This document shows positions 12,261 to 27,800 of a stretch of 64,000 bases of DNA, piece after piece. Both the position numbers and the translations under genes were made by a program. The first letter of the stretch is position 1, and each line of letters opens with the position of its first letter. Location: positions 372,001 to 436,000 of the forward strand of contig OZ176059.1 of the NCBI GenBank assembly GCA_964247055.1. The letters run 5' to 3'. Under the pieces are notes generated by a model. The model made no database searches. It had not been told where the DNA came from and was given only the letters and a program-made list of their open reading frames with translations. The stretch is from Paragordius varius (lineage: Eukaryota > Animalia > Nematomorpha).

Positions 12261-15200
12261 ACTATTTTTCGCTCAAGTAAACAATATTATAGTATGATGC
12301 ACCGTTTTTCCTATGAGATCAAAGCTATTAAATATTTCGAAATAATCCACATATGTGGATCATTTTTTTGATCCCTTTTCCAAATAACCCCCCCCCCTCC
12401 CCCCGAAGGGGCTGCATAGTAGCAGATTTAAGCTAGTTTTTTTATAAAATTCAACACCATACATTTTTAAACCTTGGTTTTCCCCAAATAAATTATTGAT
12501 TTTCAAGTGGACATATAATTGATTGTGTTACCAATACAATATATCTCTTATACTTTGGATTTTTGCACTGCACAGTTAGTTATAAGTATAAAAATCTTTG
12601 AAGTATGGATGTCTTCAAAAAAAAATGTCTTTATATTTTTACGTTTTATTCGTATAATTTAATTTTTCCCGTAAATGCTGAAAGCATATCAAACCAATTT
12701 GAAATGCCACCTCTATATAAGCCTAGATTTTAAGATTGAATGGAATTTGTTGTTTCTCATTTTATAAGTAGTATTTCATTAGTTTTACTAAGAATTGCAT
12801 AAGATACGATATTGCAAAAAGTCGAGATACATAGGGTGCCATTGTTGAAGTGGCACCGGATTTCAAAAATTTTGATTTTATTAAGAAAAAAATAGGTATG
12901 TAAAAGTTATTTAAATAATACATAAAAAAATCATCTATTTATAAGTGGTCATGATCACGGTTTATTTTTGATTATTTCCTAAAATGCAAGAGGTCCCATG
13001 AAGACGGGGAGCCAGAAATGCAAGCTTCGCTTCTGATTGACAGGGTACACAAATGATACCCAAATGAAATGCAATATACATATATGTTCTATTAATAAAT
13101 GCGGTATTTGAAATTGAGTCTGCGAGTTAAAGAAAGGACATTGTATATGCTGTATATATATATATATATATATATATCTATATCATCGTGCTAAGGTATT
13201 GGGGCTTAGAGTCAAGAAAGATATTATTAATTTGTAACTGATCGCTCCGTGTATGAAAAATGCGCAATACAAGATTATATATTAAATTTATTTTGATAAA
13301 TTTAAAATTACAATATTGTGTTTTATGATATATATATTAGAATTATGAATTTAGGCTCCGAAAGCCGCAAAATTAAGGGTCTTTATCTTCATTAATATGC
13401 CATGTTTGATTAATATTTTTTTACACGGTATACAAAATCGGGGATTAAAAATATCATGTTGAAATATAGATTTATATAAATATTTAATCGAACTTTTGAT
13501 TTTGGTACACAGATAAAAGTTATTACCACTTTGTAATAACTGCCTCATCTCAAAAAATAGGAAATTGGGGAATATTTTGCTGGATTTTTTGCTAAAAGTT
13601 AAATGCTAATTCCAATAAAACATATTACAAGCGATATATACAAAGCAATATAAAGTTCCATTTTTGAGGGTAAGGTCCCCTGTAGACATCCTAAAATGAG
13701 CTAGTGCATTCAAAATAATTTCTAAAAGGCCGAGATTTCGCAAAGTGGTAGATTATGACATTAAAGAAACACTTATATTAGCATAATTTTAATTTAAAAT
13801 ATAGCATAATTAAAGTGTAACCTATGCTTTTTCGAAACAATATATAAACGATAAAAAAGGGCGTTAAGATACTATAAAAAAAACCTTCTGTGTATAATAT
13901 GATGATTTTAACGTTTCTTCATGAAAATTTTCATAAAAAATCCTCCATTCGTCTAATTGTGTGTATATCACAAATATATACCAATATTTTTAAGCATATT
14001 AACCTTTAAACGAAAATTATAAGGTGATAGAAATGCTTAGCTTCTACAAATTGTTTTTACACTTTTCCATCATGCTCTAAAGTTACCTGTAATATTTTTC
14101 AACAAAATTTGAATTAAATTTCTGAAGAAATGCTTTTTTGTCAAAAAGTAGCTAAAATACCTTGGCTTCTTTTAGTGTCAAAGATCCGTTTTAGAGGAGA
14201 GAAAACCTAAGATTTTGGGACCGACCATCTAAAAGTTATATATATATTGTTTGCTTTTCATTATAGTTTATTATGCAGTTAAAATAAAATCTTTTACTAA
14301 AATATGTCAGCGTGATGTACTCTAGTTTTGCCATTGTACGATATTGAGCGATCACCAAAAAATGCAAGGAAAACCATCTTATAACTCGTAAGCCGCATAA
14401 CCAAACAATGAAAATCCTTATATATTTATCTATCATAATATATATATATATTAATATTCAGGGTATTTTTAGACCCTCTAATTCTGTGCGCCGTGTAATG
14501 TGAGACTTTATGCTTTTTTGGTTGTGAAACAATTAATTCGAATATGTAAATATTTTCTTCTATAATTAGTAAGCCCTAAAACCACAGCACAATGAGCCTG
14601 TTTCTATCAGATAATATCAATATATATTTCGCTGCTTATTTTAGATGTTGGATTAGGCATCCTATAAAAGTATTTTTGAAAAATGTATAATAGCTTAAAT
14701 AAATGATTAAAATAATGTTGAAAGGTATTTTATCACTTCAGAATTTTAATGTTAAGATTCCTTACTTTTAAATTTCGGTAATATTTTTAAAAATACAATA
14801 TATATAATATATATGTATATATTGTAAATTGGAATAAATTTAATCAAAATTTTAGGGTGATAGAAATGTTCAGCACATTTAATTGTAAAAAAGTTTTTAT
14901 ATTATATCTTAGCGTTTTAATACCGTTTGATTCAGGCCTAAAAATACGATATATACGATACCACAAAACTTTGCGGAAAAATTATATTTTCGTACAATGC
15001 ATTTTTTAAAATTGTTTTAATGCCAAAATTTAGCATATCTTTGAAAATGTTATTGAGCAATTTCCGGAATTTTCGCATTTTTTAGAAACTACCCCATTTG
15101 AGAAGAGCGAAAAAACGTGGGGCTTTAGGAGCCCACATCTAAAAATTCATTTTTTTAAGATGTAGTTTTGTTTTATGTAGTTTATAATTTATTAAGTAAT

Positions 15201-15884
15201 ATATTTGAAATCGAGCGTCCAGCCTTCAGTCAAAAAAAACTTATTTAAAGGCGCAAGTTTTGCCAATTTTTGATAGGGAGCAGTTACTACAAAAAAGTAA
15301 ATAACTTTTCTCTATCACTTGTGAAAGCCAAAACCTAACTAAATTAAGGGACTGATTCGAAAAAAGGACTTATCACTTTCGGCGCAATTGCAAGTTAATT
15401 AAAATCTCTATTGACTCTGACAGTACCAGTTTTTTGGTATCATGCCAACGATTCTTCCAAAACCCCCAATTTACATAAATGTGGGGCTGTGACCGGCTAA
15501 TCATCTAAAAGGGCGTAATCACGTTCGGCGCATAATAATACATTAGAAAAATATCTTTATTACTGAATGGGCGACCGTCCGAATCGTCTGTCAAACGAAA
15601 AAATTTTAGGGACTTCCATATTTTCGATAAACTTGATTTTAACGCGGTTGGGGCAAATCTTAGATAAATTAAAAAAGAACTTAGTCACTGTCGGTGTATT
15701 AATAAATAGTTAACTGATTTTTACTTTAAAATCTGAATAATCCATTTACCTAAGCCTTGCTCTAAGCTCATGCTTCTCTCATCTTTATTTCACGTGCACT
15801 CAATTTTCATTACATAATGGGTGCTAATTTCAATATTTATTAATATATAATATTTAATGTGTATCAAAATTAATACACTTAAAG

Positions 15885-18800
15885 CTGGGATGCCTTTGGG
15901 AATATATTTATTATATAAATGAATACTTGTTGGTTAACCGATATGGTACTGTTCATACGACTGATTTATTGCATGTGTGGGGAATTCACGTTTCAATACA
16001 CGCGGTGAGCTGCAAGAATGGTATATATAGATGTAATAAAAGGATGCTTTTGTTGAAAGTTTTAGAAACTTTGAGAACAATTTAGATAAGGCTTTATATG
16101 AATTTGATACTTTATCCTTCAATTCAAACGAAATGATGAAAGTTGTCAATCATTTAAATAATTTACTCACAAATGAACAAAGTGAGAAAGTTTTTTCCCA
16201 AATCCAAGATTTAAACACCATTAAAGGGCGAATGTTTGAAGTTAAAAAAGCTATGATTGAGGCTTTGAATTGGGATCGATTGGTAGCACAATTTGACGTT
16301 ACAGTTAAAAATTTGGGGGATATGCTTTCTGAGCCATCAAAATCTAATTCAAACATTATTTTTGATCAAATGAAGTTATGCATAGATCAAACCAACAAAG
16401 TAGAGGCGAGTTTGGTAAATTTATAGTTCTTAATATATAAAATCTAAAAATCATTTTGGTATATGGGTATATATATTGCACAAAAACGCAGTATAAAATA
16501 TAAAAACTTTAAGCTTGGTTTTTTCTGTATGTAATTTATATGATTAAAGATGTAAAATATATCATATACTGTCATACCAATTTCATATTTACACTGTGTA
16601 ATCTAAAACGATAAGCAAATTCAAAATCAATACCTCGTCCCATCTTAAAATTTTTGGGTTATTTTTATTTGGGTTTTTCTCACAAAATTGTTTTCTTTAT
16701 ATAATTAGATTTACGTCTTGTCCGTATAATTTCAAATCAAATATATATTTTTACTCTACATTTATTTTTATGATTATAACAATAAAGCACATTTTATCAT
16801 GTATGCCAACTTATACGGAGAAAAGGGAACACTATCAAACACTTAAACAACGTATATATGATATGGTATGGAACAATTTAACTCAACATATATGTAAGGA
16901 TTTGAAAACTAATCAATTATCCAACATAAAATCTATGGGTAAATTTTTTAATTATATATATATAGCATTTACAGTTTAAATTCACCCTCGAACAATTCGA
17001 AATCACTCTTGAACAATTCAAATTTACCCTTGAACAATTCAAATTCTTAAACAATTCGAATTTACCCTTGAACAATTCGAATTCACCCTTTAACAATTTA
17101 AATTCACTCTTAAACTATTAAAAACCCCTGAACATTTTTATTCACCGTAAAAATAAATTATGTGTTTTCGGGCGGTTAATATAACTTATCATTAATGAGA
17201 AATATATCTTTATGGCATAGTCTATTATTTGTCGGTTTTATATTAATAACGTAATTTCATTTTTTAAAAATATTTAAAAAATATAGGTAATTATTAATCT
17301 TAAAAAACACATTTATTTTAGGGTGAATTTGAATTGTTTAAGGGGGAATTTAAATTCGAGAGTGTATTTGAACTGTAAATGGTATAATATATATATACCG
17401 AAACATATATCTTTTTTAAGATTGAAAAATAGTAAAAATGTTGAAATTAAAATTTAACTACGGAGACAAAACGTAAAAATATATAAAGATGACATATATA
17501 TTTTTTCTAAAAGACAACCAACCCCATACTTTTATAAATGTTTAATTTTTTTAAAATAAAATAAAATTAGTGTGATTGTTTAAAATTGTAAAGTACGAAC
17601 AGGGATGTGAATTAATAACACAATCCATTATGTATATATTTTATGATTGTAATTAAATAAATTTTATTGGATAAATTAGGCTTATTTTTTTAAAAAAAGT
17701 GTATGATGTTGTCTCTTTAAAAAAACAATATCGTTCTGTTTTTATTTTTAAATTTTGTCCGTAGTTTTTATTCAAAAGTTGGTCATACTTAAAAATTAAG
17801 GGGGGGGGGGTTAAAAAGCATGGCCGACTTTAGAATACACTAAAAATGGTTTGTCTTTAAGTTTTTACTATGTAATACATTTTAACTTATCCAAAAGTAA
17901 TTTTATATATTATGTAATTTAAATGTTGAAAAGAATATGATCTGGAAGGGAATCGAAAAAAATTGGTATCGAATTCAATATTATCCATTTTTTTGGGCGG
18001 GGGAGGGGGGGGGTATAAAATCGATTTTCAAAAACTAAAATTATTTTAACAAAATGTAAAAATAAAAAGTATAAAATATTTCCATCAAAAGAAAACTATA
18101 TTTTTTTTAAAAAACGCGGTTTTCCAAAATTTTTATGCAACCTGCGAGAAATAAATTGTAATACAAAATTTAAAAACGTAATCCAAGTTTTTAAATTAAT
18201 TTTCTGATTGGCAATAATAGCAAAAAAATGTTAAAATAAATGGTAGTTTTAAAAGACTAATGTTTTAAATTTTATTAAATACATGTTAATGCATACATAT
18301 ATATACTTTTTGAATGCAGCCCGTGAAGCCATTTATGTTGGACAGCCCTATTTTAAACCATTACCTTTTTATGTTAAAAAATATGGAATAGAGAATATAA
18401 AATGGTATCCAATTTGTAATATGATATCAAGGTTCAAAAAAGTATGATATAATGCCTTTTGAAGAAAAAATGTGGCGTTTGCTTGACAGAATGCGCGTTT
18501 GTTACAAAAATATCGTTTGCTTGAAATAATGTTGCCTTTTACTGAAAATGTCTTTTGAAAGAATGTTGCTATAGACTAAAAAAACATAGTCTTTTTTTTT
18601 AAAAAAATTGTTGCGTTTACCCGAAAAATTTGCGATTACTAGCAAAAATGTTGCGTTTGCTTGAAAAAATGTTACGTTTGTTCGAATAAAGTTGCGTTTA
18701 TTGAAAAAGTGTTGCGTTTAAAAAAATGTCGTCTTTGCAAAAAAATGTTATGTTCACGAAAAAACTGATGCGTTTACTTGAAAACATTGATTTTTTTGAC

Positions 18801-21800
18801 TGGAAAAATGTTTTCTTTGTTTGAAAAAAGTTGCGTTTTCTCAAGAAATGTTGTGTTTGCTTGTTAAACATGTTACTTTTGACTGAAAAATTTTATGATA
18901 TTACTTGTCTCTAATTCTAATACTATAATAGATAAGAACCATATATATATATGTTTATAGATCATGAACTTTGGTTACTAAGCTTGAAATGTTTGAAACA
19001 AGTCTGCAGTGAGGTAGTAAAAGGACTTGAACACGAAGAAGATGGATCATTATTGATTATATCCATATTGGATTATATACGGGTATATTTTACATTCACA
19101 ATAAAATGGCTTACTTTTCTATATATATACCATTTCCAAATCTAAATTCACCCTTGAACAATTCAAATTGACTCTTATATTTTTTAAAAAATAAAATTTT
19201 GTTTTTAATTAAAATAATACTGAAAAAATAATAAACTATGCCATAAAGATATATTTTATATTAATAAAGAGTCATTTTAGTTTGAAAACATGTTTAATTA
19301 TTTCAGGGAGAATTTAGATTGTTCGAGTGTGAATTTCAACTGTAAATGGTATATATATATATATATATAAGTCACACACATTTATTTTAAAATGTAAAAG
19401 GTAATTGTTGTTAGTTTTCATATTCTATTGTATCAATCTATAAGGAGTCAATACCATATATTTTGAAAAAAAATATTTTTTTTTCGTATAATAATTATAA
19501 TATTAATAATGCCGATTGTTATTGGAAAAATACAGTAAAAATTAAAAGTATACGGACGGACTAAACGTGAAAAAAAACGCATAAAGACAAATATTAATTT
19601 TTTTAAAAAACAACAACACTATCCATACTTTGGTAGTTAACCTTAATTTTTTCCTAATAAATATATAATTTTTAATTATAATTAATTATGAAAAATGTGT
19701 AATTGATTGATTGTGTTACCAATATACTTCTCTAATTGCAATTTTAAACAGTGAAATATCATAAGAGCAAAAAAATTACATCTAAAAAGTATATGGGGTT
19801 GTCTTTGAAGAAAAAAAATATTTTTCTTTATATTTTTACTTTTTGTCCGTATATAATTTCAATTTTTACTATATATACCATTTACGTAATTCACCCTTAA
19901 ACAATTCAAATTCACTCTTGAACAATTCAAATTCATTCTAAAAATAGATTATGTGTTTTCGGGCTAATATAACTCATCATCATTATAATATATTCTTATG
20001 GCATAGTTTATTTTTTCAGTATTATATTGATTTTTGAACAAAATTTCATCATTAAAAGCATATTAAAAAATATAGGTAATTGTTAATTTTAAAAAAACAC
20101 ATACTTTATTTTAGGGTGAAATTGAATTGTTCAAGGGGGAATTTGAATTGTTCAAGGGTGATTTTGAACTGTAAATGGTATCACCCTAAAATAAATTATG
20201 TGTTTTCTAAGATTATATATTAGCTATATTTTTTATATTTATAAAAAAAGAAATTTTGTATGTAATCAAAATAATACTGAAAAAATAATAAACTTTGCCA
20301 TAAAAATATATTTAATTTTAATGATGAGTTATATTAGACCGAAGTTTCATAATTTATTTTTACGGTGATATTGAATTGTTCAAGGGTGAATTTGAATTGT
20401 TCAAGGGTGAATTTAAACTATAAATGGTATATAAATATTGTATTATAGATGATTGCAATCGAATATTTGAGTCAATTGATAGCAAACAACACAGAAAATT
20501 TTAATGTAAAGATATCTAAAGTGGGAGAATCAAATACAAGCAATCAAGATAATTTGATACAACTTACAAATTACATTACCAAGTTGTGGCAAGACTTTTT
20601 GGTTTTTGACAAATTTATACATTTTAGTTATTTTATAATTGAGACTGTCTTTTATCATTTTATCTTAACTTTAACAATAAAAAATTTTGTGCAGGGTGGG
20701 GGAAGGAAGGTGGAAAATATATTATTAATCAATATATACCATTTACACTCCAAATTTTTCCCTTGAACTCGAATTCACCCCCTATAAATTTTTATGTGTT
20801 TTTTAATTACCTATAATTTTTGCATAATATTTTTTAAAAAATGAAATTTCTTTTATAAATTAGCATAATATTAAAAAAAGTAAACTATTTAGTGATAAAA
20901 ATATATTTTATAATAATGATGTTTATATTAGCCCCCCGAAAACTAAATTAAATTTTAGGGTATTTGAATTCTTCAAGGGTGCATTTGAGTTGTTCGAGGG
21001 TGAAATTGAATTGTTCAAGAGTGAATTTGAGTTGTTTAAGGGGCAATTCGAGTTGTAAATGGTATATTTTAAAAAAATAGAGTTAAATCAACAGTATAGA
21101 GACTAATATTTGTTAGTTTTATACGGCAAAAATTTTTTTGTATTAATTTCAAATATAGGTAGCAAAGAGCATTGTTTTATTGGTTAATAATACTATAAAA
21201 AGCGAAAAAATTATCATGAGCCAATAATATCTTTGCTATATATTGTGCTATCTAGAGCTATAAGTTATGAAAAAACTATCAAAATACAGTGATTAAATAT
21301 ATACATTGCCAGTTTAATATATAATTTACATTTTTTCAACCAAAAGCAACATTTTTCCAATTTGATTGAAAAAATATGTTGCGTTTGCTTGAAAAAAAAG
21401 TTGTTGCGTTTGCTTGGAAGCTTTTGCTTAAATAATGTTGTTTTGCTTGAAAAATATTGGGTTTTAAAAAATGTTGCGTTTGCTTGGAAGCTTTTGCTTA
21501 AATAATGTTGTTTTGCTTGAAAAATATTGGGTTTTAAAAAATGTTGCGTTATCTTGAAAAAATGTCGCGTTTGCTTTAAAAAATGTTTTCTTTTGCTTTA
21601 AAAAAAGTTCCGTTTGCTTAAAAAAATTGTTGCGTTTGCTTGAAAAAAAAGTTGTTGCGTTTGCTTAGAAGCTTTTGCTTAAATAATGTTGTTTTGCTTG
21701 AAATATTGGGTTTTCTCAAAAAATGTTGCGTTGAAAAAAATGTCGCGTTTGCTTGAAAAAAATGTTGCCCTTGCTTGAAAAAATGTTGTCTTTTGCTTGA

Positions 21801-24800
21801 AAAAATGTTGGCTTTGCTTAAAAAAATGGTGAATTTGCTTGAAAAAATGTGCGTTTGCTTAAAAAAATGGTAAATTATAATAATGATTATTACTAATAAT
21901 ATAGCTAACTCAATACGTTATGGAGGATGTTGTATTACAACAAAAAAATAATGCAAGTTTTCACACGAAAAAATGTACATCACCAACTAACCAATTACAT
22001 TATTTTGGTGAAAAGAATGAAAAAAAGATTAATGAACCCAATAATAAGGAATATAAATTATTACAACTCATATGGCGTCAAGTTATAAAGCCAATCTTAT
22101 TATCAAACTCAATGCAAAATTTTTTATTAACACCTATGATAAAGGAATTTGAACAAAAAAACATTATTGAAAACACCAACAATAAAGAAAACCATCAACA
22201 ATCGCAACAAAAACATTTATTATCAATATCTGGCTCATTAGCTTCGAATTTTGATAATTTAAACCTTGATGAACAATTGTTAAATACATTACAGAAATAT
22301 ATGGTTGTTCTTGATAAGTTTGTTGTAACCAATTTTAAAAGTAAACCATATATATTATGTATATATGCCATTTAAAGTTTTAATTAACCCTCGAATAATT
22401 CAAAAGTCTTGAACAATTCGAATTTACCCTCGAACAATTCAAATTTTCCGTCTAATAATTCAAATTCACCCTAAAAAATAAATTATTTGTTTTTTGAGGC
22501 CTTTAATATAACTCACATTATTAATATATCCTATGGCATAGTAATTATTTTTTAATATTATTATTTTTAAATAAAATTTTATTTTTAAAAGCATATTAAA
22601 AAATATAGGTATCTTTATCGTTAAAAAATATAATAAATAAATTGTTAAAGGGTGCATTTAAAGTTTAAATCCTATATATGTAAATAAATATTATATATAT
22701 ATATATATTTATATATATAATATTTATATGAAATAGATTTACCAGGCCGAAATATAGAATTGGTATATGAATTTTTTGCTATAATATATGGACCATATTA
22801 CACGTATTGTGCCAAACAGCTAAGATTAATATACGATGAAAAAATCAAGCAATTTAATCAAAAAGTTTTATTTTTTTTTCAATTTATAAATTACAGTAAA
22901 AATTGAAACTAATGGTTGCTTATTTTACAACACTGTAGAGTTAAGCAATTTGTAACACACAGTAGTTTATGAAAAAAAGAAAGGAAAAAATTGTTTATTT
23001 AACATTGTTGTTGTTTTTTTCCATACACTACTGTTATGTTGCAAATTGCCCCCAACTTTATAGTGTTGTGAAATAAGCATCCATTAAAAATTAAAATTAA
23101 ACTAAGGACAAAACGTAAAAATATAAAAACGACAAATATTTTTTTAAAAATTATAAAGACTACAAATATTTTTTTTCGTCAAAAGACAACCCCATACATT
23201 ATAAAATAGGGTTAATTTAAATCATTTAATAACAATCGAAAAATATGTAATTGATTGTGTTACCAATATACATATCTATTTTGTATACTTTCCAAGTTTA
23301 AAACTATGAATATCTAATTATATTTAGATTAAAAAGTATGGGGTTGATTGGAAAAATTTATATTTTTTGTTTTGTCCGTAGTATAATTTCAATTTTTATG
23401 TAATACATAATTTTTTTGGAGGAAGTCATATATATAAATTTTTAAAAAAATACTTAAAAATAAAAAACATGTAAAAAATATGGAAGATCTAAATTTTTTT
23501 TAAATATACTGCTTTTTTTCTATATCCATATATAAAAACAATTAAATTTTTCAACAATATGTATAAAGGTTTCATGTCTGTTTTAACTTGCTTGATATAT
23601 TTTTTATTGTGATTTACAGTAAAAACTGCAATTATACCGACAAAATATAAAAATATATAAACAAATATATTTTTTTCTATAAAACAACCATACTTTTTAA
23701 ATCTTGATTTATCATGTAACTCATTGTTTTAAATAACAAAGTGTGAAATAAAGATATATAATACAAACACAATCAATTCTTTTGCAATTATAATAATACC
23801 TTATATGTGAAAAATTAGGGTTTGAAAAAGTATTTTTTTTTTAAAACAATAATTTTTGTCTTTATATTTTTACCTTTTGTCCATATAAAATCAATTTTTA
23901 CTGTAATTGTTTTTTTTGTTTGACTTTATTGTGTATTAGCTCAACCACAAAACTGATATTAATGAAGTGTGTAAAGAATTAATCTTGACCTCTTATGATT
24001 TGAAAATAATGAAAGCATTAACGTTTGGAAGTGGATTTTTGTCCTTTCAAAACTCTTATATACATGTAAATATTTTTTTAATTTTTTATGTACAGTTTAA
24101 ATTCACCCTTGAACAATTCAAATTCACCCTAAAATAAATTAAGTATTTTTTAATAGTAGATATTACTAATATATTTTTATATTTAAAAAAAAGAAGTTTC
24201 GTTTAAAATTTAAAAAATAATGAAAAAATAATAATGCCATTAACATATATTTTATATTAATGATGAGGTATATTAGACTTGTAAATGGTGTATATATCTA
24301 TATATATGTAAATTTTGTTGTAATAGAGTATGCATTTTAATAATTGCTTTTATTTCACAACACAATAGTTGGACAATTGGCAACATCACAGTAGTGTATG
24401 GAAAAAACAACCAAATGTGAATAATTAATTTTTTCCTTTCTTTTTTCATACACTACTGTTATCTTGCAGATTTATTAACTATATTGTGGAATAAGCAACC
24501 ATTAAAATGCATACTGTATATATATTTTTAATAATTTAACATTAATTTGAGTGTATTATTGTTGAATGGGACCATACGTAAACGGAGATTAAGTAAAAAG
24601 AATATATTAATTGTATATTAAAACACGCTTGTTAACTGTATATCAAAATAATTTATATATATATATAACTTAATGAGGTATAAATGTACTCAAATTTAAG
24701 GTAAAGTGCTTGCAATTTTTCAGGTTATTCAATAATATGGTAATACTAAAACATGGTTGCGAGGTTAATATAATAATATATAAAATGTTCATTCAAATGC

Positions 24801-27800
24801 GCGTGTAAGTTACAAAACTATAACATCACTACCCCCTTGTAACGAAAGCGGGCGGGTTTCTGACGAATTCTTGTCGAGTACCGTCTTTTCTGTATTTTTG
24901 TGGGGGAGCCAGTTGTCCTAGGTTCCTAGGTGGGTATTATTATAATCGGTCGGTTTCGTCACTTGGGTTGATCGTGTGTTTGAGATTCGGCATGTATAAT
25001 ATCATTCGTGACAGTGGTTACGTCCTCATCACTTGTGTTGTTGAAAGTGTGGTAGTTTATTGTTGTGGCTGGTATATTATTTGATCGGCGTCTTTTCTAA
25101 CGAGCTCCCAGTTTTATCGGTCTACCGGTCCGGCTATATCAATAGGCAAACGCTCCCGTACAACAGCATTATGATCCCATTGATAAGTGGAATTTTTAGT
25201 TACATTCAGCCTACTACGTTGGCACTATTCGCACAGACTACTGGCTTTTACCAGGTCATTTTCTAATTCTGGCCAATAACACGTAAATCTTGCCATCACC
25301 TTCATGCTCCGTTGTTATGACCGCTGTATAGGTATCTCACCACCTTCCTTTGGAGGGGCTTCGGAATTATAATCTAATCATTTAAAATTAATAAGCCATA
25401 TTGATATGCCAACTCGTCTTTACGGTTTACAAACTTTTCTAATTCTGGATAACTCCAGTCATGGTTGTTTAACGCCTTTGTGACAATTTAAAATTTTCAG
25501 GTATCTGGAAACAGCATAATCTTCATCATAGGCAACGATCTCGTCAATCGGCCATCTCGATAAATAATCAGCTCTATTTTGAGCCCCTTTTTGATGACTT
25601 ATTTCAAAGTCGTATTCATTTATCATATTAATCCACCTTAGTACTTTAGCATTATGTATCTCTTTTAAATTTCGATCTCTATTTATTAACTTTACTAAAG
25701 GTAAATGGTCAGTTAATAATATAAATTTTCTACCATACACGAAACTATGAAACTTTCTTAACGCAAATAATATTGCTTTTAATTCCTTCTCTATAGTGGA
25801 ATAATTCCTTTCAGCGTTGCTAAACTTTTGTGAGGCATACGCTATCGGTATCCTTTCACTATTAACTTCATGACTTAAAATACCCTCGAATCCTAAATCT
25901 GACGCACCAGTTTTTATTATCAATTTCCTATTCGGATTATATGGTGTTAAAAACACTTTTTCGCTTATCAAATTCTTAGCTGCTAACCAGCTTTTCTCAT
26001 GTTTCTCGGTCCAAAACCAATTTGTAGTTTTACTAGTTGGTTCATGTAAGGGACCGACTATAATTTGTAATTTTGGTATAAAACGTTCATGAAACGTCAA
26101 ACCTAAAAAACTACGTAACGACTTTATATCCACCGGCCTTTTTAGTTCCTTAATTGCCTTGATTTTGCTTTTACATAGGCTTATACCCTTCGATATTTCA
26201 AACCCTAAAAAGTTTACTGATTCTGCATCTATCATTATTTTATATTGTATTAAGTTGAATCCGTCATTTTCCGTCCCACCAGTCACTAGGATGTCATCTT
26301 ATATATGCAAGTTCCCGGACTTTCAGTCAGCACTTGTTCCATCACTGGTTGGAAGATGATAGGTGCCGTGGCCAGTCCAAACGGCATGCGTTTGTATCTA
26401 AAAAAATCTTTATGTGTTGATATTGTTAACAATTCCTGACACTCCTCTGCCACTGGCATTTGGAGGTGTGCATTTTTTAAATCAATTTTTGTTAATGTAA
26501 GATCTTCGCCTATTTTTGACACCAACTCATCAGTGGGGATTATATGAGAGTCTGCCTGCAACCACTTATTAATTGTTCGAAAATCACTGCATATTCTTAA
26601 TTCGCCATTCGGTTTAAGTACATTAACCGTAGGCGTGGCCCATGTCACATGTGTAATGTTAGGATCAACCGGTTTTAAGATGCCTAACATTTATATCCTC
26701 ATCAGATCTTTCTCTACCTTTTCACTTAATGGAAAAGGCACCCTGCGACATGGCCATACTTTCGGGATCGCACGCTGCAATGCGAATTTTTACTGGGTCT
26801 TTAAAAACACCCTAACTTATTTTCGAATAAGTTTTTAAAATTTTCACAAATCTTACTCAATATAACATAATTAATTTTAACCTATGGCATCACAATCTGG
26901 AACTTGCCCATCCCAGTCCAGTCCACAGATAAGTGGTGCCATCCCCATAGTTGAGGACACATATGCCCCCCATCATTTGTTTGCCGTTTATCTCCACGTT
27001 TACGGAACCGTGGTATTATTGTACGATTTTACCGGCGGCGTCGGTCTCAGTTTTGGCTTGCCTATTTGTTCTCAAGTTGCAAAATTCATCACGCTGACAT
27101 CTAACCCGGTGTCATAGATGAAATTTTTCCTTAGGCCATTTATTATTAATGCGCTAACTAACGGTGTTTGAGCTTTTGGGCACACATTGATGTATCCTTC
27201 AATAGTTGTTTATTAAAATTAGGTTTCTGTCTTTTGGGTATGCACATTCTTGCAAAATGGTTCAATTTGCCACATTTGATGCGCGCTCGTCTCCACGCTG
27301 TTGTAGGGTGGGTGCGTGGTGCCACAGTGTTTGCATGTAGTAGACGATTTTATTATTGGTTGTCGGTAGTTCTTATTATTGTAGGTATAATGTTGTAAAC
27401 GGTTGATAATATTATTGCTGTTACTATATCGATTGCCAGCTATTGTTATTGTTATTATCATTGTTAGTGCGAGATCTACGATTGTGTTTAATGGGACAGG
27501 AATACCGTTTATCAAAGCATCTGGGTACCTGAAATGGATCTCCATCCACATCTCTAGTTGGGGTTATCGCTGTCCTATTATGAACGCATCAAGTATGCGC
27601 TGTTCTATGGTTTCAATGAATTAGCTTATCTTGACACGCTAATGCGTTAGATTTAGGATTTGGGTGTATTTTAAGTCATGAGGTTATTAGTGAAAGGGTA
27701 CCGATTGCGTATGCCTTACAAAAATGTAGCAACGCTGAAAGGAATCCTTCCACTATCGAGAAAGAATTGAAAGCAATATTGTTTGCGCTAAGAAAGTTTT

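Noticed and set aside
15770-15884. Candidate COG7 start exons (ATG at 15770 or 15817)
   Set aside because: 15770 needs a weak GTGCAC donor. 15817 gives the wrong phase with its GT donor, or needs an atypical GC donor. Left unresolved.
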